Source: the human T2T-CHM13v2.0 reference genome, Homo sapiens. Taken from it: a stretch of 64,000 bases of DNA. The stretch is taken from assembly GCF_009914755.1 (NCBI RefSeq), contig NC_060941.1; one strand, 5' to 3'. Under the pieces are notes generated by a model, which made no database searches, was not told the DNA's origin, and worked only from the letters and a program-made list of their open reading frames with translations. Shown here one piece after another: positions 13,453-31,730 of this stretch. A program made the position numbers and the translations under genes. Each line of letters starts with the position of its first letter. The first letter of the stretch is position 1.

Positions 13453-14097
13453 TACTGGGACTCAGAAAACAGTACTCCAAAGTGAAGGCCTCAAAAGCAG
13501 CCTCAGAAGCAGAAGTTTTTCTCTGAACTTCTCTTGCCCCTCTGTCTTTCAATCCTACTCTTACCAAAGACTAACCACAGAAACTAAAATCTCTCTCCCC
13601 CAAGGCAGGTCATACAGATCGGAACTCCTTTTCCCCAAAGCCAGCCATAAAACCTAAAAACATTACTCTAACTTTCCTTCTACTTTTCTGTATAAAAACT
13701 GTCCATAAAGAAATTATCTGACCTATCCCGTTTGACTGTAGGTCATAAGACCTTCATTCCTGAGAGGGTCCTGCCCCGTACCTAGAAGGAAGGAAGGCAT
13801 GTGCAGAGGCCAAGAAGAATCTAGACAGAGAGGCCTTGCAGGCTTCCCCAAACTGGGTCTATTTGGGTTAGATCATACCCTTTTTGTCCAGTCATATTTC
13901 TATACAACTGTTCAAATTTAGTTAAGCCCAAGCATAAAAATGGACAATTTCCTCTGTATCTTTGGGTCTTCACCCTGAAAGTTCTTGCATACACAGTAAT
14001 AAACGTGTATGCCTTTTCTCCTGTGAATCGGCCTCTCATCAGTGATTTTCAGCAACCCTTCAGGAGTTGAAGGGGAAGTTTTCCCTTAGCCCATACT
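13453..14097 (+). mobile_element. Solo LTR, MER39-like (ERV1/MER4 group)
   Basis: ctcagaaaacagtactccaaagtgaaggcctc...aaagccagccataaaacctaaaaa...aataaacgtgtatgccttttctcc...gaaggggaagttttccc. Confidence 0.7.
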
Positions 14098-15428
14098 CAG
14101 ATTTCCTCCTATTTTTGTTTTTTTTTTTTGGGTGGGGGGTTTATTTTTGTCATTTCAGTCAGTTTATCTTTACTTTTTATAGACATTTGCTTTCTGTTTC
14201 TGAGCTTTTAATTTTTGAAATAAATGTGAACTTCCTTTTTCAAAATAATTCTTAATGGACCTCATTACCCACCTCTTAGGCACACATTAAGGTCTGGGTA
14301 AGAGTACGTGAACACCAGAGAGTTTGGTGTTGACACAAAGGAGACACACATTGGCATAACCACCTATGTGATGCAGATTCCGCGGTGTGACATGAATGCA
14401 TAGAACTCATCCCTCTGTGACTCCTTCTGTGGAACTGAAAAGTTGGCTAGGCCAGCCTAATATAAAAGCTTATGTTACTCTTGTCTAAGGTGAGCCAGGA
14501 GATCTATCCAGAGATGGCTGGAATTTCTCAGTGAAGGAAATTTAATCAGATGCGTGAAAAAGTTTTGGGCTTGGAAAGCAATCATCAACTACACTGAAGT
14601 GATAAGAAAGAGTATTTATAGATTTTTTTTTGAAAAAGCCATCATTACTTTCTCTTTTTTTCTATATATCTTTGACTTTTAACTACTTTATTTCAAATTT
14701 TGACCAGTAAAATAGAGAGAGAATAATACTTCACTTGGGAGCTCCTGGTTGGCCTGTTGGGGAAGGGGCTGGGTATATGGGTGGGATTGGGGTGGGGAAG
14801 AGCTGTAGGAGACTTTTGCAGAGATTGAGGCTATAGATTGCGCTGGGCCAGAGGAAACACTGCTAAAACCACTAAAACAAGGAACCATATTTTAAATAAT
14901 CTCAATAGAGTAGGGAAAAGAGCTATCCAACATAAGAGGAGTTTGAAGAGGAAACAGCTAAAATAGGATTGCAAAAGAAAAACACATTCATTACTGTCAT
15001 TTGCAGGATGAGGAAAACTGACTGATTTAGCATGGGATGGGTGTGGAGAGTTGGGCTTAACTATAAGCTACCTGCAAGCTTCTTTCTGCAAAAATAAAGA
15101 AACGATAGTCTAAATAAATCCTAATCAAGCTTACATTGTAGAAAATGGTTGCTTTGTAACAGGACTCACAACAGAATTCTTTAAATTGCAATCTTAAATT
15201 ATTTTTTTCAAAAAAGTCAATAAAAGGGATATAAAATTTTTTTTCAAACAAGTCAATGAAGGGGATAAATTTTTTTCATACATTTTTATTGCAAATCTTA
15301 CTGGATTTTAACGTTCAACAAAGCACCACACTGTCATATAAAACAAAAGGCAGGTGTATGTTGGAATACTGCATTTCAAAATGTCTATAACTTGGAAATT
15401 GTTCTTCTTTACCTGAGTAAGGCACAAA

Positions 15429-15545
15429 TTAGGTTGGTGCAAAAGTAATTGTGGCTTTTGCAATTATTGGCAAAACCGCAATTACTTTTGCATCAACCTA
15501 ACACTTTTAATGGCAAAACCTACAATTACTTTTGCACCAACCTAA
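15429..15545. mobile_element. MADE1 with a duplicated right half (three TIRs)
   Basis: One left TIR, then right TIRs ending at 15501 and 15545. Confidence 0.9.
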
Positions 15546-16013
15546 TACTATGACTGTGCTTTGTGTAAAAACTGGGGCCCGGGATGGGTAGTGAAAGATC
15601 TATTACAGTATTATAAAAGGTCTGAAGAAATATGAGGCAGGCTATGGGAGCACGAAGGTGTGGGCACTGATAAATCACGTGAGGTTTGCCTGAAGACACA
15701 ACAGGTGAAGAAGTATGGGAGAAATTCAACTGGATGATGGGAGGCATAGGTCCTAGGAGAACTTTCTTTCCAAGCTAAGTAGTGTAGACCATTCCAACCT
15801 CCCTTCTGAATAGTGAACAGGATTTGGAGACATTTACAGTAGGTATGAAGATGAGGAAATGGGTTGAGACCAACACTATAAGGAAAAAATATAGAAATGT
15901 ATTTGTTTTGTCCTGAGGGAGGCAAAGATAAGCAGAAATTTCACAAGCGAATTAAGAATTATTACAAGGTAGGTTATACACAGTTGTTCTTCTCCCCATA
16001 GAACTCAAAGAGA

Positions 16014-16565
16014 ATTCACAATAGCCAAAGAGTGGAAGCAACACAAGTGTGTATTGACAGATGAACGGATAAACAAAATGTGGTTTATGCATACAATGGA
16101 ATACTATTCAGAAATTCTGACATACACTCCAACATAGATGAACCCTGGGGACATTATGCCAAGTGAAATAATCCAGTGACAAAAAGACAAATACTGTATG
16201 AGTTCACTTATATGATATATCTGGGGTACTCAAATTCATTGAGACAGCAAGTAGAATGGTGGTTTCCAGGGGCTGTGGGGAAGAGGAACAGAGAACTATT
16301 GTTCAGTAGGTATGAAGTTTGAGTTTCGTAAGATTAAAAGAGTTGTGGGGATCGATCACGTAACAACGTGTATGTACTTAACACTACTGAACCGAACAAC
16401 GGTTAAAATGGTAAATTTTATGTTATGTGTTTTCTAAGATTAGAAGAGTTCTGGAGATTAATCACATAACAACGTGTATGTACTTAACACCACTGAACCT
16501 AACAGTGGTTAAAATGGTAAATTTTATGTTATGTGTATTTTACTACAATTTTTTTAAAAAAAAGA
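16014..16565 (+). mobile_element. L1MB-like 3' end with an internal 106-bp tandem duplication
   Basis: ttcacaatagccaaagagtggaagcaac...acaatggaatactattcag; duplicated unit at 16329 and 16435. Confidence 0.85.
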
Positions 16566-18070
16566 ACTTAAGGGAGGACAAACATTTCAGTGGCATTGAT
16601 AGAAATTAGTTAGACAAAAGAGTCTTTTTGCTTTACGGCTAATTAAACATTACAAGGTACTGCTGAAGGGGGCTCTGGTTTTGCTAAAAGGGAAATACAA
16701 TAATTTATGAGATTTTTGTGCAGCTGATCTCAAATATAAAAACGAGGTTTGTGGTCCATGCCCACTGCCTGCTGCATGATCACTAGATAGTAATTTAGCA
16801 TCTCTATGCTCAGTTTATTCACCTTACCAGGAAAATCAAGCCAAAGGTTCAAAATTCCTGGACTGTAATGAAGTGTCAACATGGCCATTATTACTACAGG
16901 GAATACATGGAAGCACTCTTCTTAAGAATGTGACACCCAGTGTTCTGAATTCCCAACTTCAGGAGAACCCCACTTAGTTCAGCTAACAAAGGGTTCAGAG
17001 AGTTAGAACTCTTTGCCATGTTCCTGACACACCTGACCATTTGTCATTCAGACAGTGAGGATGCCTGGTTTGAAGGCCATGAGCTGGCTACATTATTTGG
17101 AAGGGCAGAGCCTAGCTTATTATCTTATTATGGTGTGAGAGAGATGGGCTCGGTTTTTAAGGGGATTTCATTTCCTTCCATGGCATGGGTGCAGTTGTGC
17201 CAGGAAGGAAACTGCTTGGCAATTTTCCTATCTGGCTCAAACATCATGCCACTCTACCGTGCTAGGGAATTCCATTCTGGATCTGATCTGTCACCCTGGG
17301 TAAGGGTCTCGGGGCCTAGGGTTGTTAGAGCTGCTGTCTGTGGTGCAGGAAGTGTTATGGTCAAGCAGGAACCACGATACACATGCTAAGTTGTCCTCTG
17401 TTTTCTACCCCAGCCTTCAACCAGGTCAGGAATTAATGGTGGGAGTACTAAAATGACCCAGAGGACTTTCCCACTGCCACACTACTGAGGGGACAGACCT
17501 GCCTCCATGGCTGTGCCTTAACGATGGTCCAAGAGGCAAGCCAAGCACTCTAGCACTGGCTGCACCACTGCCACCTCTATGATCAGGGAACCACCTGGGA
17601 GAGCTCTCCATGACACTCAACAACACATATGCATGGTGCATCCGATATATGCAAGAAAGAATAAAAAGAACTTCCCCCATGTGCCTCACTCTTCTTATCA
17701 ATTTGGGCCATTTGCCCTGAATTCTCATTGCCCTCATGTTGTCTTTTGCTCCTTCACCCTCCCTCTGGAACTGCTACTGGCCCTCTCTGGAAGTACTTCT
17801 TCCAAAAAACAATTACCCTATTACCCTTCCCCATTTTATTTTTAACCAATGATATTTGGTCAATTTTCTATTTATATGGAAAAATAAATCTTGGCATTTG
17901 CCTCTGGCTATTTAGGAAAAATTAATTCCAGATCACCTGGAGATACAAATATAAGTGGTGAAACAATCACCTTTTGGAAGGAAACGTAGAACATCTTGAT
18001 GATTTTGAAGGAGGTAAAGTTTTGTTAATTTCTTAAAGGAGTAACTATAATGAAAAAAAAAAAAAAATAG

Positions 18071-19840
<1,770 letters not shown>

Positions 19841-20915
19841 AATGGACCAATATCCCATAATGCTCCAAGAAAAGCATGATTTTTTTAAAGGGTATTTGCG
19901 AAGCCCACTATGTTTCCAATTTCTGTAAATTCAGATCACAAAGGTAAAGGAGTGGAGCTCATATACCTAGGAGTCAGGCGTCCTCTCCAAGACCACTTCT
20001 CCCTCACCTCAGGCAAATCATAAGGACAGCAGCTGCCCCTCACATGGGCCACTATGAGCACAGTGGTGTGCAGTGTAACCTGGAGGATGTGTTTCAAGAG
20101 TGTGAACTCAGAAGAGAGAGAACTGAAGAATAAGTTATACTTGCAAAACATTTGGGTGACGACTTTCTCAGCTAATCTTTACTCAGCCAAAAAAGAGATA
20201 AGGTAGGTAATTACATTCCCTAATTTTTCTGACAAGGAAGCTGAGGTTCAGAGAGACTGAGCAGTATGCTGACATGTTCACAATCAGGGTATGGAAGGTA
20301 ATGGGTGGTCCTCCCAATGCCTAGTGCGAGAGTATTTCTATTGCAGCAGATAAGAGAAAGTCAGCAGCCAAAGGGGATTACAAAAATAGTATACAGACGA
20401 CGGCTCCAATGGAGCAAATTCGACAGAGGGAAAACATGGGAACCTGAGAGAGTTATCCAGAAAGTAGCTGTGAAAATCCTGAAAGAACTAAATCCTGAAT
20501 TGAATACAGATGAGACGAAGAAATTTGTCTGCTTGAACTGAGGAGCTGTATGAAATTAGACCAAAAAGATGATGACTTGATTAACGTCAGTGATATATTA
20601 AATCTGAAACAGTGTGCAGGTTTGGAGCAGGAAAGGACTGCAGGTGGTTTAATACTTTAGGGGGCTCTTCCAACAGAATCCAAGCTCGAGGAGTTAAAGA
20701 CCAGGATTAGGGTGCTGATAGTGGGAAAGACAAGGTGGGTGAGGACAAAAGGAATATTTAGAGTATAATCGGTGAGGCTAGATAGCTGATTTATGACTGA
20801 AACAATGTAGACATCTTCAAAAAAAAAAGGCGGAAAAGAATAAAAATTTTATTAAAGTGAACAATTATTTTGAAGAAGGAAGTGGTGCCCTCTCCCCATT
20901 AAAAAAGAAAATTTG

Positions 20916-21218
20916 GGCTGGGCATGGTGGTTTACGCCTATAATCCCAGCACTTTGGGAGGCAGATGTGGGCAGATCACCAGGTCAGGAGTTCGAGACCA
21001 GCCTGACCAACATGGTGAAACCCCGTCTCTACTAAAAATACAAAAATTAGCCGGGTGTGGTGGCGCGTGCCTGTAATCCCAGTACTCAGGAGGTTGAGGC
21101 AGGAGAATGAATCACTTGAACCCGGGAGGCGGAGGTTGCAGTGAGCCGAGGTCTCGCCACTGCACTCCAGCCTGGGCAACAGAGCAAGACTTCATCTCAA
21201 AAAAAAAAAAAAAAAAAA
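20916..21218 (+). mobile_element. AluS
   Basis: Dimer plus poly(A). Confidence 0.9.
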
Positions 21219-21946
21219 TTGGATTTCTGTTTCAGTAGAGTTGGAGTTACTTTTTTTTTTTTTTTTTTAAAGTTAGGGTTTCTGCATGAGGTTTCTAATG
21301 GAGACAAAATAGTATTAGTTTTATTCTAAACTATGACACAGATGGATCATGTATCTCCATGAAGACAACATAGTTTTATAGGAAACTCAAAAGCAGGAAT
21401 AGGAATAAGGATTTCAGCCTTGATTTTGCTATTAATAAGCTGTGTGATCTTGGGCAAATCACTTTCGTTCTCCTGGCCTCGATTTCTTCATAAACAAAAA
21501 AAGTTTATTGTCCTCAATGTCTGTAGGACTTTCCACCTCTAAGATTCCATGTAGGCAGTGGGACTTTAATTCATTTTTAACTTGTCATATTTAGAGCTCT
21601 GCGTAGCATCATGCTGCTGTGCTCTGAAGTAAGGCTCCACCAATCACATCAAGAGATTTGTATAAATAATTACACAGAGCAATTCTGCATCAACGGAATT
21701 GATTTCAAAATCAATGAGATCTGAAAGAATGCAGTTCAAATAACTGATGCAAGAGAAAGTGCTGAGGTTAATTCAAATGAAGGCTAACTTGACATATCCC
21801 TAAGGCTTGGGGGCAGCAGAAAGACCAGGAAATCTATGAGCAGAGAGGTCTCACTATATTCCACAAGGCATGTGATGGAGGAGACCCATGTCTATGCGAT
21901 GCTTCCTCTGTGCCTGACACGTTGAAATGAGATGTCAAAGTCAGGA

Positions 21947-22290
<344 letters not shown>

Positions 22291-22399
22291 TCATAGTCAT
22301 GGATAGGACTACATTAAAAATAATAGATCCAGGGCAGCCAGAAATTCAAGTTCAGGGTCCTTGGGAAGAGCATCATGAAGACAGAAGAAAATGAATACA

Positions 22400-22605
22400 T
22401 ACTGAGCATTTACCACAGAACAAGGTCTGATGTATTATTTCTTGAGTCTCACAACTAAAATGAAGAGCTAGAATTATTCCCTTCATTTCACAGATGGGGA
22501 AATAGGCTCAGAGAGATAATGTGACTTATCCAAGCACACATAGTTGCTAATAGGTCTAGAATGAAAATCCAGGTCCATCTAGCTCCAAAGTGCATATTCT
22601 TTCAA
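22400..22605 (-). mobile_element. MIR
   Basis: catttcacagatggggaaataggctcagagag...gtgacttatccaag. Confidence 0.65.
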
Positions 22606-25600
22606 CCTTCCCAAACAGCCAGGGAACATCAGAGTGACTCTTTTGGTTGATGTTCCTGGCCATCTTTGACATTCTGCCAAAACATATGAGTGTTAAATGC
22701 ATTCTTTACCTATCCATCTCTGAATGCAAATCACCCTTCCTGAAATCTTCCGAACAGGTAATATATATCACACGTTTTTCAAAGGCTATCTTCTGCAAGG
22801 GAAGAACATCCTGCAAAGGGAAGTCCCTGAGTTGTAATGCAAAGGTAGTGTGCCTTGAGGAATAAATAAATCTGGCCCATGTACATGTACTTTTTTTAAG
22901 TCTATACAGCCAAACAGAACTGTGTCTGTTTTTGGAAGCCTCTGGCAGCAGAACATGCTAGAAAAACATGCTCTTTTCATGGCCATGGCAAGAAGGTAGT
23001 TCCTGTGGGTCCTCGATGGTGTGTGTCTGGGAGCAGGGGAAACTGCTGGGAACTCTCTGTGCTGTCAGCTCGCCATCCCTTGGGCCGAGCCCACTCACAT
23101 CAATATTTCTTTTCCTGCTGTTGTTATGTGGGACCCCTCTGAAAACGTGACTTATAAGGATGGAAAGAAAACTCCCTTTACTTGTTGTTTGAATTGGCTT
23201 CTGTGGGAGAGGAAGACTTATATTTTTGAAGCAGCTCCCACACCAACCGAATCTGGATATGCAATTCTAAGAACCAAATCATCATCAAGATAAGCTAAAC
23301 ATCAGGGTTAGAGCCCAGGACACTGACCAGCGCCATTGATAGCAGACTCCTTTTAAAACTTTTAACGACCAGGTAAAGAAGAAAGAGAAAAAAAAATTGA
23401 TTCTTATTCTCACTAGTCTTTATGACACAATATGTACCAAAGCTTACTTCAAGAAAACAGCACAGGGTTCCCTGGACTCCAGAGGAGGAGAGAAAACTCA
23501 AGGACTCTTGATCGTTAATTTTGGGGAACCTCATGAAAAGATAACGAATCCATCTGTAGTCAGGTCAGATCAAAGAGTCCTCCTGGAAGACAAGGGGCGA
23601 GAGTGTTTTGGGCTCATAAATTCAAGTAAGAATCCTTTATGTTTCTGTTGGATCTTAGAGTTTCCCAAGCAATTCCACACATTTTCTCTTTCATTGACTC
23701 TTAGAAACAGTAAAAATAAACCAGTAACTTACAAGGCTCATTGCTTCAACCCCTGATCCCCCTTTCTATGTTAACTTCATTGAGGGAACTCATGTATTCA
23801 TAAGATGTAAAATACCATTTCTAACACGGTAGGCATTGTCCCAAATTCTGTTTTAAAGTGGTTTCTGTCTCCTAGGAGCCGGTGTGCTTCTATCAATGTC
23901 CTATCAAAGTATCAAATAATATCCAAAGAAATAACTTTACAACACTGAAAACTAAAATTCACAAACAACCTAATTATGTCAGAATCTGTAAGATGATCAG
24001 AGCCTCAGAAACCACCTGGGAAAGGTAGGAATATGTTGTACTTCCCCACCGTGGGGCCATCTCTGGACTTCCGACATTCTTTGTGTACCAAGCAAAAAGT
24101 AATATTTCCTACTTTGAGGGTAAGCATCTCTTTAATTTTTTTTTTTTTTTTAGCCTAAGTGCCAATCTTGCCTCACCCTGGTCCTGGCCCTGGCAGAGAT
24201 CCACAATTTGAAAATACTAGCAAGTTTTTAGAGTTTGAGAAAAAAGGAAGTACTTCCTGGCATTTAAACAGAAAGAGAAACAAATAACATGACACCTAGG
24301 CTACTGACAAATGAAGGAGGAGACGGGGGAGTTGGGCTTTAGCCTTCAGTAATAAGTGCCCAAAGTGGAGAAGAGCTTAAAGGGAAAAAGACCTTTATGC
24401 TCAGCTAAGTTTTATTTCATTTGATGACATATGAAAATGACATTTTCAGATATGCAATGGTTTAAAAAACTTAACACCCATGTAACCCTGGGAAACAAAC
24501 AAACTCGAAGGTTCATTTCAACTGAACAATAAATAGAGAAAAATTAAAAGCACAAGAATGAAAAAGTGAGTGTATTTCAGTAAAATGAGGGGCCATGTAA
24601 AATCAGTCAAAATAGAAATGTCTTAAAGAATTATTCTTAATGTGTCCATAAAAATGATGACAAATACACAGCAGAAATAAAATGTAATTAAGTTAGTTAG
24701 GATCTAAAGCCTGATCGATATTTACAAGCCCTTAGAAGTGTGTGTGTATTTGTGTGCGAGAGAGAGACAGAGAGAGATTGATAGGTTACAAGGAGACAGA
24801 GAAGAGAGCAAGAAGATAGAAGAAAAAAAGAGAAGAATCTAGAATCTACCAGAGATAGGAAAGTGCAAGGACTGTATTCTTCCAAGCAGCACCACTAAAA
24901 ATTAGAACTGGAAAGAACCTTAGAAATCCCCTAATCCAGCTGCTTCATTTCACAGATGTTGAAAGGTTTGAGAAGGGGCTTGTCCTAAGTCATTCAGCCG
25001 AAAGAACACAAAAAGCCAGGCTTAGATTCTGAGTCTTCTGATGCTTGGCTCACTGTTCTTTCTATGTTACATTATTCTGCCTGAATTCTAGAAATATAAT
25101 GTGCCCAGGGCTTGATTATCTGAAAAACAAAATTCATCTTGGGGGCTGGGGGTGGAATTCCCTCGTAGTGCTTCTGAACTGTGAAAGTTACATTAAATGT
25201 TGAGTCCTGATTAAAGGGAGAACTGGCTTTTCTTCAGCCTACCTGGTTCTCAGGTCAGCATCTAGAAGGGGAGAATGGAATTCTTATTCAAAGTGGGGAG
25301 AGCCTGGGCCAAGGGCAGGCCCCTCTCCTGGCTCTGTGGTGGCTGCCACAGCAAACCCCACATCTAGGCTGATCTGCGCTCTTGACAGGAGTTTTATAAA
25401 TGATTAGTCTGAGAGCTGTGCTATCGGCTTTTGTGCAACTGCAGGCAGCTGCTTCGGAACAGAGAGCTCTCATCAGCCAGGAATTATCGAGTCTTTGCAT
25501 ATGTGCAGCTGGAGATAAGGGGGGAAAACGTGTTTTTCCTTGCTTGCAAATCAACAATCTAAGGAGAGTGGGGAAGCTGAGAGAGAAACATGATGAGGAT

Positions 25601-25884
25601 AAATCAAAATTTTAGAAAGGTTCTTCGTCATATTTTGGCGATGGTGGTTTTTTTTGTTGTTGGTTGTTTGTTCATTCGCTATTTTTCTGTCAGTTTATTT
25701 TATTCTACTAGTTAGATTCTGGACACACGGTAGGTGCTAAATCAATATGTCTTTTAAGTTTGAACCAGGAGAAGTGACTTGCAGCTATGATTTTGGCAGG
25801 AGTCTGGGGTCTTGAACTGCTAGGATATTCTTTCTAAAATTTGCCATCCTCACCCTGTGTGAATATCTCAGTGTCCTTGATTTT

Positions 25885-26102
<218 letters not shown>

Positions 26103-27189
26103 TAATCTCTTATTAATCACTCTTATGATATAAAACCTCCAAAATAATAATGTCATCATGAAATGAGGCATGCAGACAAAACAAACTTTGGGAAAGCCAT
26201 CCCGGAGTTGGCATTTTACATAGCCTCTTAGTGCAGCTGTACCACGTACCACTACGAAGAAGTAAAACCATCCATCCAATAGGGACACAGGTAAGAAGGG
26301 CTCTGACTTTAAGTCCCACAATTTGGTAGTTCCCACAAATTGCATACACACACAAATTTATTACAGAAACCGTCACTCCAGCATCAGCATAGTGCAACCA
26401 GAAACCCTAAATATCCACTCTCATATTTAAATCCCAGGGAAATGCTTCTGCAAACCTCTTGCCCTGTGTCTTTAAAACAAAAGGGCCAAATGCTGAGAAC
26501 ATACAGGGGTTGTGTTGCAGCAGATAGACACTGCTTCAAGTTAGGGGAAGGATTTGGGTGAGGGAAGTAGTTAGCTAAGAGAAAAAAAATCAAATTAAGT
26601 AGCTTATCCAGTGCTTCCTATCAGAGAGCATGAAATAGCCTCTTGAAGTAAAAGTATCATTTCCTGGTATTACTGAGTGCTCATTTCTCTGCTTCTCCTC
26701 CTAATCCAGTTCACGGTCCTGAAGATATTAACACATTATGGAGGTAATCACAACATTCGCACGTGGAGGTGGAGGGGCATATTTTATAATGAAGCAACTG
26801 ATGCCACTCTGACATGTATAAATATGTAGGTCTAGATGAAACAGCTGAAGCATGGTACTGATTCTTTCTAGTGGCAACTAGATGGATGTTAAAAGCTAGA
26901 ATGGAGAACAGTTCTAACTTTATAAATATGTTTGAGATTTAATTACAATTTAAAAATTAGGAAGTCAATTTAAAATAATTTTTATTTCAACATTTTATAT
27001 TTATTAATTAGAATCTATATTTTGTCTTTGAATTTTGATAGATAACTTGGAATATTTTAGAAATAAAGACAACTTTTAAATACACGTGGAAATAATTTTC
27101 ATTTCTTAAATTTTACATTTACTTTAATTCATATTTTGGATCAAAATATATTCAAATTTGTACACTTGCACTTCAAAAATCCTTTAGAT

Positions 27190-27846
<657 letters not shown>

Positions 27847-29773
27847 CTTTAGACCATTGCTGTCAGTAGAATAAAATTAGTATTCAAAATCTTGATTGTA
27901 GCATAATTAGTATTTTGTTGAAATTAAGGGATAAAAAAATAAATTGTACTGCGTAAGTATGTAGTAGTTCATGATCTGCGTATGTCTTTGTTTTATTACT
28001 CATCCCAACATTGCTGGCCCATCAACAGAATGCCCAAATGAGCAATAATAATTAAATTGAGTCATTTTTGGTCATTTGCCAACTTTCAGACATAGAAAAA
28101 TAATAGATTTATATATTTTTTCTGTTTTGTTGTTAGGAGGGAATATTTGTCAAAATAGGAGAATAGGATGTATTTCATGTAACAGTTTATTAGCTTGATT
28201 CATAACTTTTTAAATGTTCAGACATAGGGTATGCGGGCCTTCATTCAGGGACCTGAAATGTAAAGGGTGGGCCAGAAGAAAACACACCAGGACTTAGAGC
28301 TAAGTCATGGTGAAGGAAAACAAGGCCGGCAGACAGGCTGTCCATTCCAAAAAAGCCTGGGGCTGTCAGGAGCTAAACTTTCCAGATGAGGCACTTCACG
28401 CGGACTAGGTGGCTCCACCGCAGCAGAAATGCTGCAGACGCCTCACATCTGTGTGACGGAACAGAAATCCCTCTTCTTTCAGCACAGGAAAACGAAACAT
28501 GCTAGGCTCTGGGGGGAGCAGCCCATTTGGAAAATAGCAGCTTTCCAAATGGGCTTTTAAAAAAATTAAACTTCAACAACATTCAAAAAATTCTACATGC
28601 AAAAAAGGTTCATTACAGAAAACTTAGAAAATTCCCAGAGAAGCACAAAATTCTAGAAAGTAAAATTACTCAACCACCGCTCCGATATAGCATTTAAAAA
28701 TACATCCATGCAGATCTCATTCTATGCAGAGCTTTATGTTAATAACTTATTTATAAAATTCAATTATATTGTGCACACACTATTCTAAACTGCCTTTTGC
28801 ACTCTGGAATAAATAGAAACACCATTCTTGTCATTAATTACACATCTACTTCGTTTTAAATTGCTGCGCAGTATCCTATTTTATGAAATGCCATAAAGTG
28901 TTTAGTGAATCCCTTATTATTGGATACGTGGGTTGTTTCTAAAGTCAAACATTTTCATTCACATGTTTAATTGTTTCCTCGAAGTAGAAATGAAGGCATG
29001 AGTATTTTAAAAGCTTTGGAGCCATACTGTAAAACTTCTATGAAGGTATTTATATTTTGTCTTTGAATCTTAATATATTATTTAAAATATTTTGGTTCCA
29101 TTTCAGTATATTAAAGTATATATTTTCTCATACACTCCTTAACACTTTGTATTATATTTAAATTGCTTCTAGTAAGCATAGGGAAATGATTTTTTAATAT
29201 TTTAATACTTATGTTTTCAATTAGACCATTTCCCAGATGTTTATCAAGATTATGATTTTCAAAGACATTTTTTGGTTATGTATGTTTTGTCTATTTTTTT
29301 CTAATGGGATTTTTTTTCTTAGATTTCAAATATTTTCTTTACATTAATGATATTTATCCCTTGTCTTTTAGGTAGCAAACATCCAGTTTATCCTTTCTTG
29401 TTTCTTTTTTTATTTATAGTGGTTTTTAAAAAATAGTTTTAAATCCATCAATGTTTTTCTTTATGACTTTTGCTTTTCCTTTATGATGTTTCCTAAGAAA
29501 GGCCTTTCTAATCTTAACATTAAATAAATAAATATCCATCTTTGACTTGTATTTTATTTATTTTTAAATTCAGTTTAAATCATGGTTAAAGTCAAATTTG
29601 AAATATATATATTTTAAAATTATGAACAAGTACCTGTCCTTTTATCCAGTACTGACACGCCACCTACATCATATACTAAGTTGCTATGTATCCTTCATTT
29701 TGTGTTTGGAGTTTTGATACTGTTCTATGCTTGTCCTGGCATTAGTAGAGCACTCTTTTAATTATTGCAATTT

Positions 29774-29848
29774 GGCTGGGTGTGATGGCCCATGCCTGTA
29801 ATCCCAGCACTTTGAGAGGACAAGGAGGGTGGATCATGGGAGGTCAGG
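29774..29848 (+). mobile_element. Alu left-arm fragment (3'-truncated)
   Basis: ggctgggtgtgatgg...gaggtcagg followed by an abrupt switch to L1-like sequence. Confidence 0.8.
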
Positions 29849-30345
29849 TGTTTATAGGTATGGCGTTTCCTTTTGAGGAAACGTTGCCAGAGACGAGGAG
29901 AGGGTAAGACTACAAAGTGATAGCATGAGATTAAAGTGATGAAACTGTTTTATATTCAGATGGTGGTGTTGGTTATGCAAATCAGTACACATACTGGATT
30001 TCATAGAGTTGTCTTCCAGAAATGTCAGTTTTGCTAAATGTTAATTTAAATATAAAACAAAATAAGAATTTTACTGAGGAACATAAAAGAAAATTTATAT
30101 CAATAAAAGCCATATAATTTTCCTAGATTAATGAACTATATGTACTAAAAAGTCATCTCTTCCTAAACTAGTACTTACATTTTATGAAATGCCAATTCAA
30201 ATGGAAATGAAGAGGGAAAGGGGATTTAATTAAAATATTGTATAATTCTTCAATGTATTTGGAAGAAAATACATTCAATAAAAAATGTTCTAGAATAGGA
30301 AATTTCACATTAGATCTGAGACATATAAAATTGCAATAACATATA

Positions 30346-30631
30346 TTTTCTGAGACGAGTTTCCCTCTTTTGCCCAGGCTGGAGTGCAGGGCACTATCTT
30401 GGCTCACTGCAACTTCCACCTCTTGGGTTCAGGCGATTCTCCCGCCTCAGCTTCCCGAGTAGCTGGCATAACAGGCATGTGCCATCATACCTGGCTAATT
30501 TTTGTATTTTTAGTAGAGATGGGTTTTCACCATGTTGGCCAGGCTGTTCTTGAACTCGTGACCTCAGGTGATCTGCCTGCCTTCGCCTCCCAAAGTGCTG
30601 GGATTACAGGCATGAGCCACTGTGTCCAACC
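30346..30631 (-). mobile_element. AluS
   Basis: Reverse-complement dimer with a very short tail. Confidence 0.9.
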
Positions 30632-30659
30632 AGTTTGTTTCAGTTTTTTTTTTTTTTTT

Positions 30660-31730
<1,071 letters not shown>

